Shown piece by piece: positions 9,905-18,926 of a stretch of DNA of 64,000 nt (positions are counted from its first letter, which is position 1; every line of letters starts with the position of its first letter). The notes below the pieces were generated by a model. It saw nothing but the letters and a program-made list of their open reading frames with translations. It did no database searches and was not told the origin of the DNA. The position numbers and the translations under genes were made by a program. The DNA comes from a virus. Its lineage: Duplodnaviria; Heunggongvirae; Uroviricota; Caudoviricetes. Location: IMG/VR virus record IMGVR_UViG_2823670853_000002. One strand, given 5' to 3'.

Positions 9905-10093
9905 TCACTCTCCTTTAGTGCGCAAGTGGTTTTTCCAGCGGTTTTGCGCCGCGCTGGGCTTTTTGCAAAAACCACAATCCATCATCCCGTAATATTTCAT
10001 CAACCCCATCCGTCGGTTGCTGAGTCTCACCCACTGCCAGACGCCAGGAGCGTTTCTACGAACTAACAGAATCTTTGCTTTACGGTTTTTCAT
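9905..10093 (-). CDS. Small basic protein (MKNRKAK paralog 2)
   Basis: 62 aa; ATGA-coupled to the upstream paralog. Confidence 0.4.
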   Translation of the reverse strand: MKNRKAKILLVRRNAPGVWQWVRLSNRRMGLMKYYGMMDCGFCKKPSAAQNRWKNHLRTKGE

Positions 10094-10266
10094 CTTACAG
10101 CGTACCCTTTCTTCCGCCTGTTCTGTGACGCAGTAGGCTTACGCTTTGCGGCAAAAGCCACCTGACCAAATGGATGGAGTACCGCTATCTTATGGTTGCT
10201 AATAACCAGCTCCACCACACGCACAGGTCGCTGTAAAAAAAGTCGTTTTGCCTTACGGTTTTTCAT
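10090..10266 (-). CDS. Small basic protein (MKNRKAK paralog 1), below ORF-track cutoff
   Basis: Hand translation MKNRKAKRLFLQRPVRVVELVISNHKIAVLHPFGQVAFAAKRKPTASQNRRKKGYAVR; ATGA overlaps at both ends. Confidence 0.4.
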   Translation of the reverse strand: MKNRKAKRLFLQRPVRVVELVISNHKIAVLHPFGQVAFAAKRKPTASQNRRKKGYAVR

Positions 10267-10439
10267 CGCTTTGCTCTCCTGCGTCTCTTTGCTGCTCGTC
10301 GTGCCGCTGCAATACCGGTATGGCGGCGCTTTGGTGCCGGGATGATGTTGTCAGCCATCAGGACATACGGCTTTGCAATTAGCGCAGAAGCCCAAAAACG
10401 AGTCGGGTACGGTAACAAGCCGATACATGCCACACGCAT
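10263..10439 (-). CDS. Small Arg-rich protein, below ORF-track cutoff
   Basis: Hand translation MRVACIGLLPYPTRFWASALIAKPYVLMADNIIPAPKRRHTGIAAARRAAKRRRRAKR; TAATG and ATGA coupling. Confidence 0.35.
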   Translation of the reverse strand: MRVACIGLLPYPTRFWASALIAKPYVLMADNIIPAPKRRHTGIAAARRAAKRRRRAKR

Positions 10440-11191
10440 TACTCACCTCCTTTGATGCGAATGCCTGCGGCGCGGATTGCAGCGATGACTTCAGAAACTT
10501 TGTATGCCATTACCGTTTGGTAATCATCGTGAAAATCTGTTCGATGAAGCATGCTGCTACGTTCCGGGAGCGATATTTCCCGAGCATCCAGTTCCTTAAC
10601 GCGTTCCTCCAGTTCGTAGACCCTGCATTGTTCTCTATCATCAATCAGATATACCCCAAGACATTCGCTTTCTACCCAACCGCCAAAATCATGATCGTAA
10701 CGCTCACATGAAAACTCACCGTCACCGTCCTTTGTTGGAATGGTGTAACTATCTAATGGGCCACCATATGTCGGCACATTTCCCAATGTTGGATGCTCAA
10801 TCCACATGAAAAATGCACGTCCGGTTATTGGGCAAATATCTGGCCGCCATTGGTTACGAACAGCCTTGGTTTCGGATAATTCTTCAGCGTGTTGTTTTAC
10901 TTCCTCAAGCTCAACTCTCAGCTTCCCTACCGTTAGCGCAATATCCTCGTTCTCCTGATCGCGGCGTTTTATGTATTGCTGGTTTCTTTCCCGTTCATCC
11001 AGCAGCGCCAGCACGGTTTCTGGTCCGGTCAGAAATTTGAAGGCGTTGAGCGCATCAATATCCACGCCGTAATCTTTAAGTTCCTGTTCGCTTATCAGAT
11101 CATCATCAACTGGCAACATTAACAGGCGTTCCATTGCCGGAATTGCACGCTCTGCCGCCTCACGCAGTGCCTGATAGTCAATCTTGCTCAC
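10439..11191 (-). CDS. Ead/Ea22-like prophage protein (paralog B)
   Basis: MSKIDYQALREAAERA N-terminus plus central coiled coil; N-terminus shared with the neighbouring gene. Confidence 0.5.
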   Translation of the reverse strand: MSKIDYQALREAAERAIPAMERLLMLPVDDDLISEQELKDYGVDIDALNAFKFLTGPETVLALLDERERNQQYIKRRDQENEDIALTVGKLRVELEEVKQHAEELSETKAVRNQWRPDICPITGRAFFMWIEHPTLGNVPTYGGPLDSYTIPTKDGDGEFSCERYDHDFGGWVESECLGVYLIDDREQCRVYELEERVKELDAREISLPERSSMLHRTDFHDDYQTVMAYKVSEVIAAIRAAGIRIKGGE

Positions 11192-11919
11192 TGGTTGCCT
11201 CCTTTTCGAAGCTCTGCGGCAAAGTCAGTGGCATGTTCACCGAGTAGTTTCCAGTTATCGCGTATATCAGATGCAAATGACTGTTCGGATTTTGAGTTAC
11301 ATTTCTGTGCAAACATCTCCAATCCCTGCGCCCGCACTTCAGCCAGGCATTTGCGAAACTCGGAAACGTACTGTTCGACGCTCATTCCCCAGCTAAGTGG
11401 ACATTCATTGAATGTTTCGCCTTCGTGCTCTTCATCAGGTAGCTCTTTGGTAAAGAACTCACGCTCAATGGCGTGGAGTGTGTCAGCAAAACGACGTAAG
11501 TTACTCAAACCTACCGTAATGGAGAATTCAGGAGCATCACATCCGACGCCCATCTGCTGATAAACGGCGGTTTTGAAGGCCTTAAGCCCCGCATTCTCCG
11601 CCACCAGCGCCGCGAGATTAGTCTCAAGCTCTGCAATTCGACACATAGCATCAATATTTGTGTCCTCCAGGCGCTTAATTTCACCAAGCAGCTCCAGTGC
11701 AACCTTTGGGTTGAACGCGGCAACATAACGAGCGTTATTCTCTGCGTTTTCCTGTCCATCAAAGCCGGGCCATTTGATAACGTCTCCACATCGTTTATCA
11801 CCGGGTGTATGCACCGCATATGTACCAGTACCCGGCGAAATAAATGCGACCCATTCGTCTGGTGTTGCCTTTTCTGCCGCCTCACGCAGTACCTGATAGT
11901 CAATTGTCATTCTCGCCAT
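11188..11919 (-). CDS. Ead/Ea22-like prophage protein (paralog A)
   Basis: MARMTIDYQVLREAAEKATPDEW N-terminus; coiled coil (RIAELETNLAALVAENAGLKA). Confidence 0.5.
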   Translation of the reverse strand: MARMTIDYQVLREAAEKATPDEWVAFISPGTGTYAVHTPGDKRCGDVIKWPGFDGQENAENNARYVAAFNPKVALELLGEIKRLEDTNIDAMCRIAELETNLAALVAENAGLKAFKTAVYQQMGVGCDAPEFSITVGLSNLRRFADTLHAIEREFFTKELPDEEHEGETFNECPLSWGMSVEQYVSEFRKCLAEVRAQGLEMFAQKCNSKSEQSFASDIRDNWKLLGEHATDFAAELRKGGNQ

Positions 11920-12533
11920 CCTTCACAGTTGTAATCACGACAGCCTTCAAAATCATATGGGCTGTACTGCCAGGTGATTTTTCCGCAATGCGGACAATTC
12001 CAACGCACCTTCCCGCTTCGCGACTTCTTTCTTCTGTTCTGCTTTTTCAACCAGTCAGGCATGACCAAACCTGCGCCCTGAACCATTGTTCTGCGGTTAA
12101 ATTTATTGATATTGAACGTCCGGCGCTTTGCTGCATCAGCAATGGAAAATGGCAACCAAACTATTCCTGGTTCGTTTTTGTTGGCGACGCTAAAGATGGT
12201 CGCTTTACTGAAGTCATCTGTTGGCAATCCACCGTGTTGAAGCCAGTAAACATCGTTGCCGTTCCAGCTACCTTTTTTGTAGGCCACATACGCAGTGCAA
12301 TCTGACTCAATCAGGCTTTCTGTAGGGATGTACTGGCAATCAACGTGCCACACAGCCATTGCATCCACACTATCGGCACAAACAGGCTGATCGATATCTC
12401 GCCCACAATTCCAGGCTTTTTGGGCTTCTTCCAGCGTGTAAACATGAGCGCGATCGATATCAGAACTGTAACCATTGCCGTTATGGCAATGGAATGAGGC
12501 GTTATTACCCACAGTTTCACGCAAGCACATCAT
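11907..12533 (-). CDS. Hypothetical protein with C-terminal Zn-ribbon-like CPHC...C..C
   Basis: Start taken at MMCLRETV; C-terminus WNCPHCGKITWQYSPYDFEGCRDYNCEGW. Confidence 0.5.
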   Translation of the reverse strand: MMCLRETVGNNASFHCHNGNGYSSDIDRAHVYTLEEAQKAWNCGRDIDQPVCADSVDAMAVWHVDCQYIPTESLIESDCTAYVAYKKGSWNGNDVYWLQHGGLPTDDFSKATIFSVANKNEPGIVWLPFSIADAAKRRTFNINKFNRRTMVQGAGLVMPDWLKKQNRRKKSRSGKVRWNCPHCGKITWQYSPYDFEGCRDYNCEGWRE

Positions 12534-12547
12534 GTAAAAACGGTTAC

Positions 12548-12787
12548 TCACTGGATGCCTCCTTGGTGAAGTTGCGCTGCGATGCACGAAAAAAAAGACT
12601 CCCGAGTATGACTGTTAAGAGCTGGTGCGAACGCCTCGTTAAGAACGGCGGCATCACAGCCGTCATCAATATAGAGCGCAATTTTTTTCTCCAGGCGCGC
12701 TTTGGCTTCCTGCAACTGCATACCCCGGCACGCACGCGGGATATAATCAGCAATTTGAGCGATAGCTTTTTCGTTCTGTTTAAACAT
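12548..12787 (-). CDS. Hypothetical protein
   Basis: 79-aa ORF in operon context. Confidence 0.5.
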   Translation of the reverse strand: MFKQNEKAIAQIADYIPRACRGMQLQEAKARLEKKIALYIDDGCDAAVLNEAFAPALNSHTRESFFSCIAAQLHQGGIQ

Positions 12788-12983
12788 GCTTCACCTCGAT
12801 AGGCTTGATGGTGTCTAACAGCAGTCGGCGGCGCGTATTTTCTGCAAAATGGCGGCGTCCAGTTTCTTTGTGGTAAAACTCGTTTTTGCCAACGACCCAC
12901 ATCCGCTCTGTTTGGTGCAGTTTTTTTACCTGCGGGCCATCTTTGGTGATCACGGTACCGGTATGGGTTTTTACGATTGTCAT
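12780..12983 (-). CDS. Hypothetical protein
   Basis: 67-aa ORF; overlaps neighbours by 4-8 nt. Confidence 0.5.
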   Translation of the reverse strand: MTIVKTHTGTVITKDGPQVKKLHQTERMWVVGKNEFYHKETGRRHFAENTRRRLLLDTIKPIEVKHV

Positions 12984-13858
12984 GCCACTACCTCTTCGAA
13001 TTTCAACTCCAATTGGTCACCCCAGATTTCACATGATTCGGAACACGAACCAGTATCAAACCGCTTGGCCTGCACCATCGCCTGATACAAATTTCTGTAG
13101 TCGCTGTCGGCATACATTCTGGCAATCCCGTCAAGCGTCAGGTGACCACGGTACATAACGTCTTTACCTGTTCTGCGATGACCATCCCTGACGTGTTTGC
13201 CTGTAACCAGTTCGTTAAAAACCCGCATCAGACCTGGTTCGTCTTTACATGCAAGCCCCAGCTTTTGCGTTGACTTTTTGATGCAAAAAACACAGTTCCC
13301 GAGGTGCTCCGGGATTTGCAAATCAAAAGGTTGTTTTCGCCACCACCGGATAACATCCGACTTATCAAAATCTGACAGCTCGGCAAGATACCGGACGCCC
13401 GGTTTCGGTTTCAGCCTACGGGGTTCGTCCGCACGAATACCGAGCCATGTGATGTAATTCCCTCGCCCAAAATGGTCATCGCAATATTTCGTGAAAGGGG
13501 TGAGTTTTAGCCTGTCAGTACAGAACGCGCCGCCGATGTATGGCGTACCGTACTTTTTAACCATGTCCATAAACGGTTTAAGCACCGGCGTTCGCGTCTG
13601 AATATCCTTTGGTCCCCATTCCGTATAACCATTTGGCTGCCCAAGTTCTGGATTTATATCGACCTGCAACACCGTTAGCGGTACGTTCCAGAACTTCACA
13701 ACCTCACGAATAAAGCGATACGTCAGAGGATGTTCACAGCCGGTATCCATAAAAATGAAATGGACGCTAGCGCCAGCTTTTCGCTGTGCTTCCATCAGAT
13801 GAACGAGATAAGCCGATGTTCGTCCACCTGAAAAGCTGACGACTTGATGCATACTCAC
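12980..13858 (-). CDS. pap: PAPS reductase / PP-loop ATPase family protein
   Basis: N-terminal SFSGGRTSAYL PP-loop (SGGxxS) motif; 292 aa; P1 pap position by recollection. Confidence 0.75.
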   Translation of the reverse strand: MSMHQVVSFSGGRTSAYLVHLMEAQRKAGASVHFIFMDTGCEHPLTYRFIREVVKFWNVPLTVLQVDINPELGQPNGYTEWGPKDIQTRTPVLKPFMDMVKKYGTPYIGGAFCTDRLKLTPFTKYCDDHFGRGNYITWLGIRADEPRRLKPKPGVRYLAELSDFDKSDVIRWWRKQPFDLQIPEHLGNCVFCIKKSTQKLGLACKDEPGLMRVFNELVTGKHVRDGHRRTGKDVMYRGHLTLDGIARMYADSDYRNLYQAMVQAKRFDTGSCSESCEIWGDQLELKFEEVVA

Positions 13859-13861
13859 GGT

Positions 13862-14590
13862 TTATTCCTGAATGCGCTTAAACTCAATTACCCATACCCA
13901 GGGATTAGCGTTCCAGCTTTCTTCACCATAGATGGATTCCCACAGACGCTGGAACGCAACCTTGGCCATTGCGAAATCCCCCTTGGGAGTAAGGAATGTT
14001 TCCGGGTAATCAGGAAGCAAACTTCCAGCAGGCGGAACGCCCTCAGCCCCTGCATCGCATTCGCTGATATCGTTCAACCGCTCAACGCGCACGTTGGTAA
14101 TTTCCAACAGAATGCGTGATGCCCATCGCGGCATGTGAATTGATGGACGCCACCCACCATCAAACTTTTCATTCACAGTGTGAGGTTTCCAGTCGGCATC
14201 ATCGGGTATCGACCATAAGCCGTAATCACCAGGCTTTTGCTCACAACTGGCCCGATAAATCCTTGCTGCGTTCTTCTCATCACCACGACAAAGGTTGTCG
14301 TTCCAGTCCACACTACAACCATCCTCATTGCCTAATATCGCCCATGTTTCACGAACCCAAATTCGATCGCCGACGATACCAAAGGGGCAATTGAAGACAC
14401 TGCTTACACCATCAGCCCCGTACCACTGAAAACCTGCACCAATTTTTCTAACCATCACTGGTGCTTCTGGACCAACTTCCGCAGGCTGATTTTTCATTAT
14501 CCGCCGCGTCTGCGTTTTCCTTCCTTCGATGATGGCCCGGACCATCTCATCGTTGAAAATCATGCCGCGCTCTTTCACTTCGCCTTTCAT
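13862..14590 (-). CDS. ASCH-like domain protein
   Basis: N-terminal IFNDEMVRAIIEGRKTQTRR is the typical ASCH-type opening motif; 242 aa. Confidence 0.45.
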   Translation of the reverse strand: MKGEVKERGMIFNDEMVRAIIEGRKTQTRRIMKNQPAEVGPEAPVMVRKIGAGFQWYGADGVSSVFNCPFGIVGDRIWVRETWAILGNEDGCSVDWNDNLCRGDEKNAARIYRASCEQKPGDYGLWSIPDDADWKPHTVNEKFDGGWRPSIHMPRWASRILLEITNVRVERLNDISECDAGAEGVPPAGSLLPDYPETFLTPKGDFAMAKVAFQRLWESIYGEESWNANPWVWVIEFKRIQE

Positions 14591-14599
14591 GCATCCCCC

Positions 14600-14686
14600 T
14601 TACCCATGTGCGACGATGCCGCCAAAAGTGATAGAGAACAGCCAGAAATAGATCGCGGCCATAATGATTTTGAATGCCGTGTTCAT
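14600..14686 (-). CDS. Candidate 28-aa membrane peptide
   Basis: MNTAFKIIMAAIYFWLFSITFGGIVAHG with AGGAG RBS 8 nt upstream. Confidence 0.35.
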   Translation of the reverse strand: MNTAFKIIMAAIYFWLFSITFGGIVAHG

Positions 14687-14768
14687 ATTTTCAGCTCCTG
14701 TGATTGATTGGATACATGCCGCGCCTTGCGGCATGTTTTTATTTTCACTTTCTCTGTTTTAAAAATCA

Positions 14769-14785
14769 AGATTTATTAGAGCAAT
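14769..14785 (-). promoter_or_regulatory. C1 operator match
   Basis: Minus strand ATTGCTCTAATAAATCT (16/17 to consensus). Confidence 0.6.
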
Positions 14786-15291
14786 TATTGTTGATGGAGA
14801 AGCGCGTTTTCATACTCCCTGACCATTAACGTAAGTACGCCGTGACTCCTGAAAACACGCGCCACTTCAATCTTATCTTCCAGCGCGAACGCGATTTTAC
14901 TTAGACCAATTTTCTTAAGGAGATCAATCTTTGCTGGGCCGTCATTTCTGTCATCGGTGGCAGGACGCATAGATAGCAAAGGCTCAGCCCCGTTTGTTAC
15001 GTGCTTACGCAACCAGGCTCGTGTTTTATCCCTGGCTATCTCACAGCGCCCGGTTACAAACCAGAGGGTGTAAATGCCGGACAACTGGCGCACCATATCA
15101 ATAACTGGAGTGATGGGAGCATCAGTGTCACAGGCAAGATTAAACTCGTTCCAGTGCTCTGTTAATGCACCTTTGCCCGGTGGTGGAAGTAAATGCAGCC
15201 TGTCTTCCGTTGCCTCTGATATCGTCCCATCAATATCTACTATGACGATGTACGGACGTTCCTGGTGTGCGTGTTTATTGAAAATACTCAA
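14785..15291 (-). CDS. HAD-superfamily phosphatase-like protein
   Basis: IVIVDIDGTISE (DxDGT motif I); later FVTGR; 168 aa. Confidence 0.6.
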   Translation of the reverse strand: MSIFNKHAHQERPYIVIVDIDGTISEATEDRLHLLPPPGKGALTEHWNEFNLACDTDAPITPVIDMVRQLSGIYTLWFVTGRCEIARDKTRAWLRKHVTNGAEPLLSMRPATDDRNDGPAKIDLLKKIGLSKIAFALEDKIEVARVFRSHGVLTLMVREYENALLHQQ

Positions 15292-15363
15292 ATGCCCTCC
15301 TCATTGGACGAAAAAAATGCTGGTGGGCGCACTCCACCAGCATTAAAAGTGACACTGTAACTA

Positions 15364-16626
15364 TCAGCGAACGTAAATAGTGCCGCCGTTCTCTTTTTCC
15401 CATGCATCGCTACGTGCATAGCAAACATCGAGAAGTCTTCTTGCCGCTGTTTCCTCTAAACCCAATTCGACAACCAACTGCTCATGACGGCGGGTAACCA
15501 CATCAAACAGGGTATGCAACCCTTTAGTTGCCAGATCATCAATGAATTCCGGTTCGAACGGCAGCTCTGCATCTGCCAACATAACCTCTTGCGCCCACTC
15601 AACTCGACGGACCAATTCCGGGCGGCGGCTTTCCATCTCTTTACAGATTAATTCATGGAAGAACTCTACCCAACCTTCCGGCTGGAACTCGCGGAAAATT
15701 GCCAACGGCTGGAAGTTTGGCATCAACCATTCGTTGATTCGGATATCAATGGCATAGCCCATGTCGCAGCAGAACTGATAAGCAAAGTCCAGCTTAGAAA
15801 CGATATAAGGACGCTCGTTATTGAACTCTTTAGGCGATGAGATCCCATAAGCCAGGAGGCGCGGGAAGAAGGAGATTTGCCCTAACGTCGGATGAAGTTT
15901 GCTTGCAGGGAAACGGCGCTCAGTAATGCCATACATTTCCTTCTTGAGCGTCGCAAATTTGGCATTCTCATTAACCAGCGCGGTAACCTCTGCTTTTTTA
16001 TTAGCAAATGCCACGCGCGCCTCGCTTGCATCTTTAATAGTTTTTTTGAGCTGTTGGTTAAGGTCGGCGACCTGCTTACGCAGTTCCTGTCGCTCGCTTT
16101 TAGCTTTGTTATAGCGTTTCTCAAGGTTAAAAGGATCAAGTTTCATGATCTCTTTATATTGAGATTTTAGAGTTGAAATCTGTGAGTTCCGCAGTTCAAC
16201 CATCGCGGTCATTTCATTGAGTTTTGTTTCCAGCTCAATGCTTATACGTTCGGCATTATCAGCACGCTGGTTGGCGTCATGCGTCGCATCGTCGATCGCG
16301 TCCTGTTGCTGGCGTTTCAAATGTTCAATTTGCAGCTGAAGCTCTTCAATTTCTTTACCCTTCAGACCGAGATCCAACTGCATATTTTCAGCTGCATCTA
16401 CCAGGGAGTTATGGCTATCAGCTTCTGCGTTATAAACATCAATAAGCTGTGCGTGAAGCATCTCCGCTGACTGAACCGCATTATCAAAAAAACGTGCTGT
16501 GAGGTCATCACAACTAACGCGGCGTTGCGCGGCCCGGATGTTCTGGATAATGGCCGGGATACCGGCATTCAGGACGTCAGGGATAGATACATTTTCGATT
16601 GATTGGTTTTGTGCTGAAGTGCTCAT
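15364..16626 (-). CDS. Hypothetical long coiled-coil protein
   Basis: 420 aa; ~200 aa of heptad-rich sequence followed by a globular C-terminus. Confidence 0.6.
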   Translation of the reverse strand: MSTSAQNQSIENVSIPDVLNAGIPAIIQNIRAAQRRVSCDDLTARFFDNAVQSAEMLHAQLIDVYNAEADSHNSLVDAAENMQLDLGLKGKEIEELQLQIEHLKRQQQDAIDDATHDANQRADNAERISIELETKLNEMTAMVELRNSQISTLKSQYKEIMKLDPFNLEKRYNKAKSERQELRKQVADLNQQLKKTIKDASEARVAFANKKAEVTALVNENAKFATLKKEMYGITERRFPASKLHPTLGQISFFPRLLAYGISSPKEFNNERPYIVSKLDFAYQFCCDMGYAIDIRINEWLMPNFQPLAIFREFQPEGWVEFFHELICKEMESRRPELVRRVEWAQEVMLADAELPFEPEFIDDLATKGLHTLFDVVTRRHEQLVVELGLEETAARRLLDVCYARSDAWEKENGGTIYVR

Positions 16627-16627
16627 T

Positions 16628-16846
16628 TCAAAGTTCCGTATTAGCTTGTGCTTCGGTCATTTTTCCTAAGTATGAAGGTGGAAGGACTACGCAATTTGTA
16701 TCCAGTCCCTCACCTATGGCAGCCTGTAAAATTCTGGCTAAGGTGAGTCTCTTGTTGCGATACCTGGTGATGACATGCCTGATACCGCCGGTCGGCGTAA
16801 CAAAGGCGATCAGCCAGTAGTGATATTTCCGTCGGAATGGCCACAT
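16628..16846 (-). CDS. Hypothetical protein
   Basis: 72-aa ORF; stop adjacent to downstream start. Confidence 0.5.
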   Translation of the reverse strand: MWPFRRKYHYWLIAFVTPTGGIRHVITRYRNKRLTLARILQAAIGEGLDTNCVVLPPSYLGKMTEAQANTEL

Positions 16847-16860
16847 AGTGCACCTTATGG

Positions 16861-16926
16861 ATTGCTCTAATAAAAAACGTGATGAGTGTACATCACGTTT
16901 TAAAAATATGGAATTATTAGAGCAAT
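16861..16926. promoter_or_regulatory. Inverted pair of C1-operator matches flanking a hairpin
   Basis: Plus ATTGCTCTAATAAAAAA (16861-16877). Hairpin ACGTGATG-agtgta-CATCACGT (16877-16898). Minus ATTGCTCTAATAATTCC (16910-16926). Confidence 0.55.
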
Positions 16927-16927
16927 A

Positions 16928-17629
16928 TTATTCTGATTCTCGCTCAAAAAACGAGCTAATGAGGGGAAGCCAATCCTCTGACACTTCGCGAGGCCGCGGT
17001 TTGCCGTGGAAAAAGATTATTCGGCAGTCCTTTGGTAATGTCCCATTCCCCCTGGAGTAACGCGCGCTCGCATATTTTGAACCAGGTTCCACAACATCGG
17101 CCTTGTAACTTACAAACCATCCTGGATACAGATCCTGAAATGCTGGTGTATCATCACCCATAACCTTCCGCAAAAACCCCTGATCACCCCAGCATTCAGT
17201 AGTAACACAACGAGCAATCCAACCTTCCGGATCTTGCCAGAATGCACTCCAGATATGCGCTTTTACACTATTTGGTATCCACAGGGCACCGCTACCACGA
17301 TATTGTGGATGGTAAAAATCCCTAAGCATGGTGAAGCTGGTTGGTGGATTCTCAAGGATTGGGCGTATATCACCGGCAATAACTGTGTCCAAATCCAGAT
17401 AGAACAGATCATCGGTTATATCCGGTCGGAACAACTCGATTTTCGCCCACCAGCCACGGCACTTTTGCCACTGGTTGATCAATGGGATAACTTTGACGCC
17501 AGGTACATGTAAACGCTTCAGGTCTGTCAGGCAAATAATTTCATAGCCTTTTGGCAGTTGATTAACCAGCCACTGCACATCGGAAGCGTTATAGTCACCA
17601 CCAGAGCGAAAAACTAAAGCAATCTTCAT
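16928..17629 (-). CDS. GT-A-like glycosyltransferase candidate (DxD)
   Basis: 233 aa; FYLDLDTVI DxD-like motif after an N-terminal Rossmann-like strand [11 protein letters not shown]. Confidence 0.4.
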   Translation of the reverse strand: MKIALVFRSGGDYNASDVQWLVNQLPKGYEIICLTDLKRLHVPGVKVIPLINQWQKCRGWWAKIELFRPDITDDLFYLDLDTVIAGDIRPILENPPTSFTMLRDFYHPQYRGSGALWIPNSVKAHIWSAFWQDPEGWIARCVTTECWGDQGFLRKVMGDDTPAFQDLYPGWFVSYKADVVEPGSKYASARYSRGNGTLPKDCRIIFFHGKPRPREVSEDWLPLISSFFERESE

Positions 17630-18318
17630 GCTGCACCATCACCTTTCACTTTCATCAATGTCAGGTTTCCGCAAAATACGGCACCAGTGTCGATATACTG
17701 CTGATTCCAGAATGTCTTCGGGCTTTTCACCGGAGTGTGACCAAAGATAAAACGATCTGCGCCCGAAATTTCGCCACCAATATCATCCATCGAATCACTG
17801 ATACGCTCGCGCGCCCAGACAACGTTGAAAAGCGGCACCTCCTTACCGAATTGGTATTCATTATCCGGATAGTCGGCATGGGCTATAACGATAGTTTCTT
17901 GCCCGGTGTTCAACTCAATGATATAGGGCAGACGCTTTACCAGCTCCACCAGCGCCCAGGCTAATATTTCCTGATCAGTGTCCAGCATGAAGAACCATTG
18001 TCCGCCATTCATTAGCCAGTTATTCACGTTGCCATCTGGACTTAACGCATCAATCATCAGCCGCTCATGGTTCCCCATCACTGCCCTGAACCAGGGCATC
18101 TGCAATAGTTCCAGACATTCGACATTTTCAGTACCGCGATCGATAAGGTCGCCGACCGATATCAGTAAATCCTGCGCCGGGTCAAAATCCACACGATGGA
18201 GTTCGGACATCAGTCTGGTGTAGCAACCATGCAGATCACCAACAACCCAGACATTCCTGTATTTGGTACCGTCGATACGGTGATAAATTGTGGGTGCCAT
18301 CATGTATTCTTCAGCCAT
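17626..18318 (-). CDS. ppp: Lambda-type Ser/Thr protein phosphatase
   Basis: GDLHGC, GDLIDRG, GNHE metallophosphatase motifs all present. Confidence 0.9.
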   Translation of the reverse strand: MAEEYMMAPTIYHRIDGTKYRNVWVVGDLHGCYTRLMSELHRVDFDPAQDLLISVGDLIDRGTENVECLELLQMPWFRAVMGNHERLMIDALSPDGNVNNWLMNGGQWFFMLDTDQEILAWALVELVKRLPYIIELNTGQETIVIAHADYPDNEYQFGKEVPLFNVVWARERISDSMDDIGGEISGADRFIFGHTPVKSPKTFWNQQYIDTGAVFCGNLTLMKVKGDGAA

Positions 18319-18926
18319 TCTTTAAGAGTCATCTGCGGAATACCTCCCATTTTCCCGCATGAAACAACGTCAATCTGTTCACGCGCAGACTGGAATAACA
18401 AAGGCAGGTGACTTAGATTTTTTGGCGTGCCGCCGGAGTGAACGCGTGGTTCTTGTGTAGCGTCAACGCCCACCAGGGCGACATGTTTGAATCCGATATG
18501 GAAAGCCAGGTTCAGAGCGCCATATGCACTATTGCCGCTGGCAATTTCATTCTCATCTTCGCAAAGTCCGAAATGTGCGGACCAGCGCCACGCCCACCAC
18601 TCGGGAGAATTCGTATTTTTTGGCTCCATGCCACGTTCAGCCACACGACGGAAGCACAGAACGCCGTCTCTGACTTCACGTTCTTTAACATCGGGTAGTG
18701 CCATGCAATAACAAACACCACGGCGACGGCGGCCACGACCAACGCGCCGCATATTGTCTAGCGATGGATCAAGTGTGAAAAAATAAGAAGCGCGGTTCAG
18801 CCAGTCGATGGCCCCATTGACCGCTATAATCGGCACTCCGCGCGGCGCAACAAAGTTTGCGGCGCTTGGGCCACTGCCGACGATAATAACGCGATCACTG
18901 CCTCTAAATTTATTCTTGGGAAACAT
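18300..18926 (-). CDS. Rossmann-like GSGPS-motif protein (DUF115/MptE-like), paralog 2
   Basis: [11 protein letters not shown]...IIAVNGA...[24 protein letters not shown]. Confidence 0.45.
   Translation of the reverse strand: MFPKNKFRGSDRVIIVGSGPSAANFVAPRGVPIIAVNGAIDWLNRASYFFTLDPSLDNMRRVGRGRRRRGVCYCMALPDVKEREVRDGVLCFRRVAERGMEPKNTNSPEWWAWRWSAHFGLCEDENEIASGNSAYGALNLAFHIGFKHVALVGVDATQEPRVHSGGTPKNLSHLPLLFQSAREQIDVVSCGKMGGIPQMTLKEWLKNT

Noticed and set aside
14715-14745. Hairpin CATGCCGCGCCTTGCGGCATG followed by TTTTTATTTT on the plus strand, in a region where all genes are on the minus strand.
   Set aside because: It looks like a plus-strand terminator, but there is no plus-strand gene upstream. 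More likely it is a 5'-UTR stabilising hairpin of the minus-strand transcript from the 14769 operator-promoter, or a barrier to antisense transcription. The evidence is insufficient for a feature call.
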